DNA of 64,000 bases from Nitrospirota bacterium (GTDB lineage Bacteria; Nitrospirota; Nitrospiria; Nitrospirales; Nitrospiraceae), in the NCBI GenBank assembly GCA_963703955.1, contig CAVPGK010000023.1, positions 32,001 through 96,000 of the forward strand. The letters run 5' to 3'. Below the pieces are notes generated by a model. The model worked only from the letters and a program-made list of their open reading frames with translations. It was not told the DNA's origin and searched no databases. Positions within the stretch are counted from its first letter, which is position 1; every line of letters begins with the position of its first letter. This document shows, in pieces, positions 61,823 through 64,000 of the stretch. Both the position numbers and the translations under genes were made by a program.

Positions 61823-63265
61823 CTATCTCGCGTGAGAGAGCGCACCCGCGGAATTAGCAAGGGTCCCCAACGAAGTGCGACCCAGAGAGGCAGCTCGCAG
61901 GCGAGTCAACTGTTCACGCATCTTTGCAGTCCATTCATGGGTATCGGGTGTGGATTCGGGATTGCGTAAGTACGATTCCCAGACAGTAACCGCCTCATCC
62001 GACAATCCTTTCGCTTCCAAAGCCATTCCTAGATTGTAGACCGCCGCAGCAAGATCGGGTTGCGAGGCTACCGCCCGGCGAAATGCTCCGATGGCTTCAT
62101 CAAGCTGACCCATTTTCCACAACAGATTACCCAGATTATTGTGCGCGCGCCCGAACTGAGGGTTCTCGCCCACGGCAGCTCGGTACGATTCCACCGCCCG
62201 ATCCCGACGGCCAAGACGTTCCCAGGCATCTCCGATATCGCTCAACAAGACCGCATCGTGTGGTGTCTGTTCTAGCGCTTTCGAATAGGCCTCTACTGCG
62301 TCATTCCAGCGTTCCATCGCAGCATAGGCTTGGCCAAGACTCTTCGTGATCCACGTCGCCTCCGGTCTCAAGGCGACCGCCGTTTCGTATTGTTGGACGG
62401 CGAGGCGGAGGAGGTCGGCATCATGTTGAAACACCATGGCAATGGTATACAAGAAATGCCCAGTCGCGAAGGATCGGTCTGCTTCGGGCTCGACACCATG
62501 GGGACTCTTGAACCCGGATCGGAAAAGGGATGGGCGCGCCACCAGATGCTGCGAATCCAACCATTGACGGATGACCGGCGCCGGAATGGAATATCCGATC
62601 CCCGATCTCATCGTGACGCTCGCGATCGACGCGCCGGTACGGTCCCTCGCTCGCTCCAAGTACGGAACGGTGGTCACGACCATTCCGACCACTTCTCCTG
62701 TTTCGGTATCGACGAGCGGCCCTCCGCTGTTGCCGAAATTCAAGATACCGGTCGTTTGCACGAATCCCGCCACCCCGCCCTTCGTGCGCGATCGCCCCTG
62801 AGCCAGACCGCCGACCAGACCTGTTCCAACCGTGGCGTGAAGCGCGAACCCCATTTCCAAGATGTCGGTGATGCGCGGATATCCTACGGCGATGACGTCG
62901 GTGCCCTCAGAGGGCATTTCGGTGGCGAGCGCTAAGGTCTCAATATTCGCCTGTTTTACGCGCAGGGCCGCCAAATCTAAATCGGGATCAACAGCAACGA
63001 TTTCCGGCGCCGAATGGATGGCTTGATCCTGGACATAGAGATAAAGACGCGTGCTATCTTCGATCACGTGCGCATTCGTCACGAGAAGCCCGTGGCCATT
63101 GATAAAAAACCCGCTGCCCATTGAGACGGTACGCGTCGAATCATTGATGGCCACGATCAAAGCTGTCGCAGCCTTGGCATGGCGGAAAAGATCGGCCCGT
63201 TGGGAGGCATGAGCCGGGACTCCGATGAGGCAGGATAGTAAGGCCGCGATAATCCAGTAAAACAT
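61823..63265 (-). CDS. Secreted trypsin-like (S1C) serine protease with C-terminal TPR repeats
   Basis: Catalytic triad motifs TNAHVI, DLAAL and GNSGGPL; TPRs AHNNLGNLL and YNLGMAL. Confidence 0.92.
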   Translation of the reverse strand: MFYWIIAALLSCLIGVPAHASQRADLFRHAKAATALIVAINDSTRTVSMGSGFFINGHGLLVTNAHVIEDSTRLYLYVQDQAIHSAPEIVAVDPDLDLAALRVKQANIETLALATEMPSEGTDVIAVGYPRITDILEMGFALHATVGTGLVGGLAQGRSRTKGGVAGFVQTTGILNFGNSGGPLVDTETGEVVGMVVTTVPYLERARDRTGASIASVTMRSGIGYSIPAPVIRQWLDSQHLVARPSLFRSGFKSPHGVEPEADRSFATGHFLYTIAMVFQHDADLLRLAVQQYETAVALRPEATWITKSLGQAYAAMERWNDAVEAYSKALEQTPHDAVLLSDIGDAWERLGRRDRAVESYRAAVGENPQFGRAHNNLGNLLWKMGQLDEAIGAFRRAVASQPDLAAAVYNLGMALEAKGLSDEAVTVWESYLRNPESTPDTHEWTAKMREQLTRLRAASLGRTSLGTLANSAGALSHAR

Positions 63266-63423
63266 AGGTTGACTAGGAGTGTAGCAAAAGGTGTAATAAT
63301 GGCAAGGTACAAAGAGTAGGATAGTCTGACCTGCGCCGAAATTGTCGTCTATAATGGGTATCCCGTTACTGTCCACGAAGACGGCTGTCAATAGCGGTCG
63401 CCCTCAATATGGGAGGCCCTGAG

Positions 63424-64000
63424 ATGAAACAGACTTTTCGCACCACATCTCTCATCATTGCACTTATCAGTCTTAGTGGTCTTACTAAACTTTCCGTCGC
63501 TGCTGAGATCGATGCGAGCAAGTCGACTCCTCAGACCCAAGCGGCAAAGGATCCGCCCAATTCAGCAGGCGAGACAAGAAAAGAAATTCGAGAAAACGAA
63601 GACTCTTCAAACAAGCTGGACGCGCTGAAACTGGATCGAGATCTCCTTCAAAGCAAAGTCGATGACCTCCAGCGCCAACTTGAAAGCGCCCAGCAGGACC
63701 TCGCGAGCGGCAAGAAAACACTCGCTGACGTGAATGCCCGTGTGGCCGCGTTGGAAAAGGAAAAGGGCCAAATTGCGGCCGCGCTGACTGAGGCGCGTGA
63801 TCAGGCCCGAGATTCGGCCACCAAGCTGGCAGCCGAGCAGGTGAAGGCGGCCACGCTGAGAGAGGATAAGCAGCGCCTGATGAGCGGCACCACGACCGCG
63901 AAGGAGGAAATCGCCCGGTTGCAGAAACGGGCCGGGGAACTCGAAACGGAGGCCGCGCGGGCGGATGATCTCAACAAGCGGCTGGCGGAGCGTGATCAAG
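63424..64000 (+). CDS. Exported long coiled-coil protein (runs off the window)
   Basis: Hand translation: MKQTFRTTSLIIALISLSGLTKLSVA, then heptad-rich LQSKVDDLQRQLESAQQDL..., open to the window end. Confidence 0.8.
   Translation, partial: MKQTFRTTSLIIALISLSGLTKLSVAAEIDASKSTPQTQAAKDPPNSAGETRKEIRENEDSSNKLDALKLDRDLLQSKVDDLQRQLESAQQDLASGKKTLADVNARVAALEKEKGQIAAALTEARDQARDSATKLAAEQVKAATLREDKQRLMSGTTTAKEEIARLQKRAGELETEAARADDLNKRLAERDQ

Overview
This window is bacterial chromosomal DNA, most likely from a Nitrospira-like (Nitrospirota) organism; the assignment is inferred from gene content, not from a search. It has four parts. (1) 1-10.6 kb: a minus-strand complex I operon, nuoA-B-C-D-G-I-J-K-L-M, running off the left edge. 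It lacks nuoE/F/H within the window, has an FDH-alpha-like NuoG with no Mo ligand, and has a 26-aa duplication in the NuoL lateral helix (the '2M' complex I signature). nuoL also carries a ~530-bp block of foreign codon usage. (2) 11-18 kb: an OmpA/MotB protein, a PriA with no Walker A, an MpgP-like phosphatase and a CPA2 antiporter. (3) 18-39.3 kb: a decaying accessory region. About 17 kb of it lies between two copies of a ~1-kb direct repeat containing the 3' end of cusA. It holds a PAS-kinase/NarL-family pair flanked by inverted copies of a ~200-bp element with a GacA-box-like palindrome. It also holds a 627-bp internally deleted IS630 inserted in a lipoprotein pseudogene, an orphan RAPP-motif candidate arrest peptide, an S53 protease pseudogene, an FHA-like exoprotein, and Sel1/TPR proteins. 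(4) 39.8-64 kb: a CusCBA/CzcCBA-type efflux system, a sugar ABC transporter, an MscS-associated TM protein, an Mgs/Ggs-like glycosyltransferase and a sigma-54 two-component system. Downstream GT4/MFS/BON/MFS and CsbD genes sit behind two matching sigma-54 promoters, which suggests an osmotic/general-stress regulon. Many single-base frameshifts in otherwise intact genes suggest sequencing or assembly error. All family calls come from recognising motifs by eye; no searches were run.
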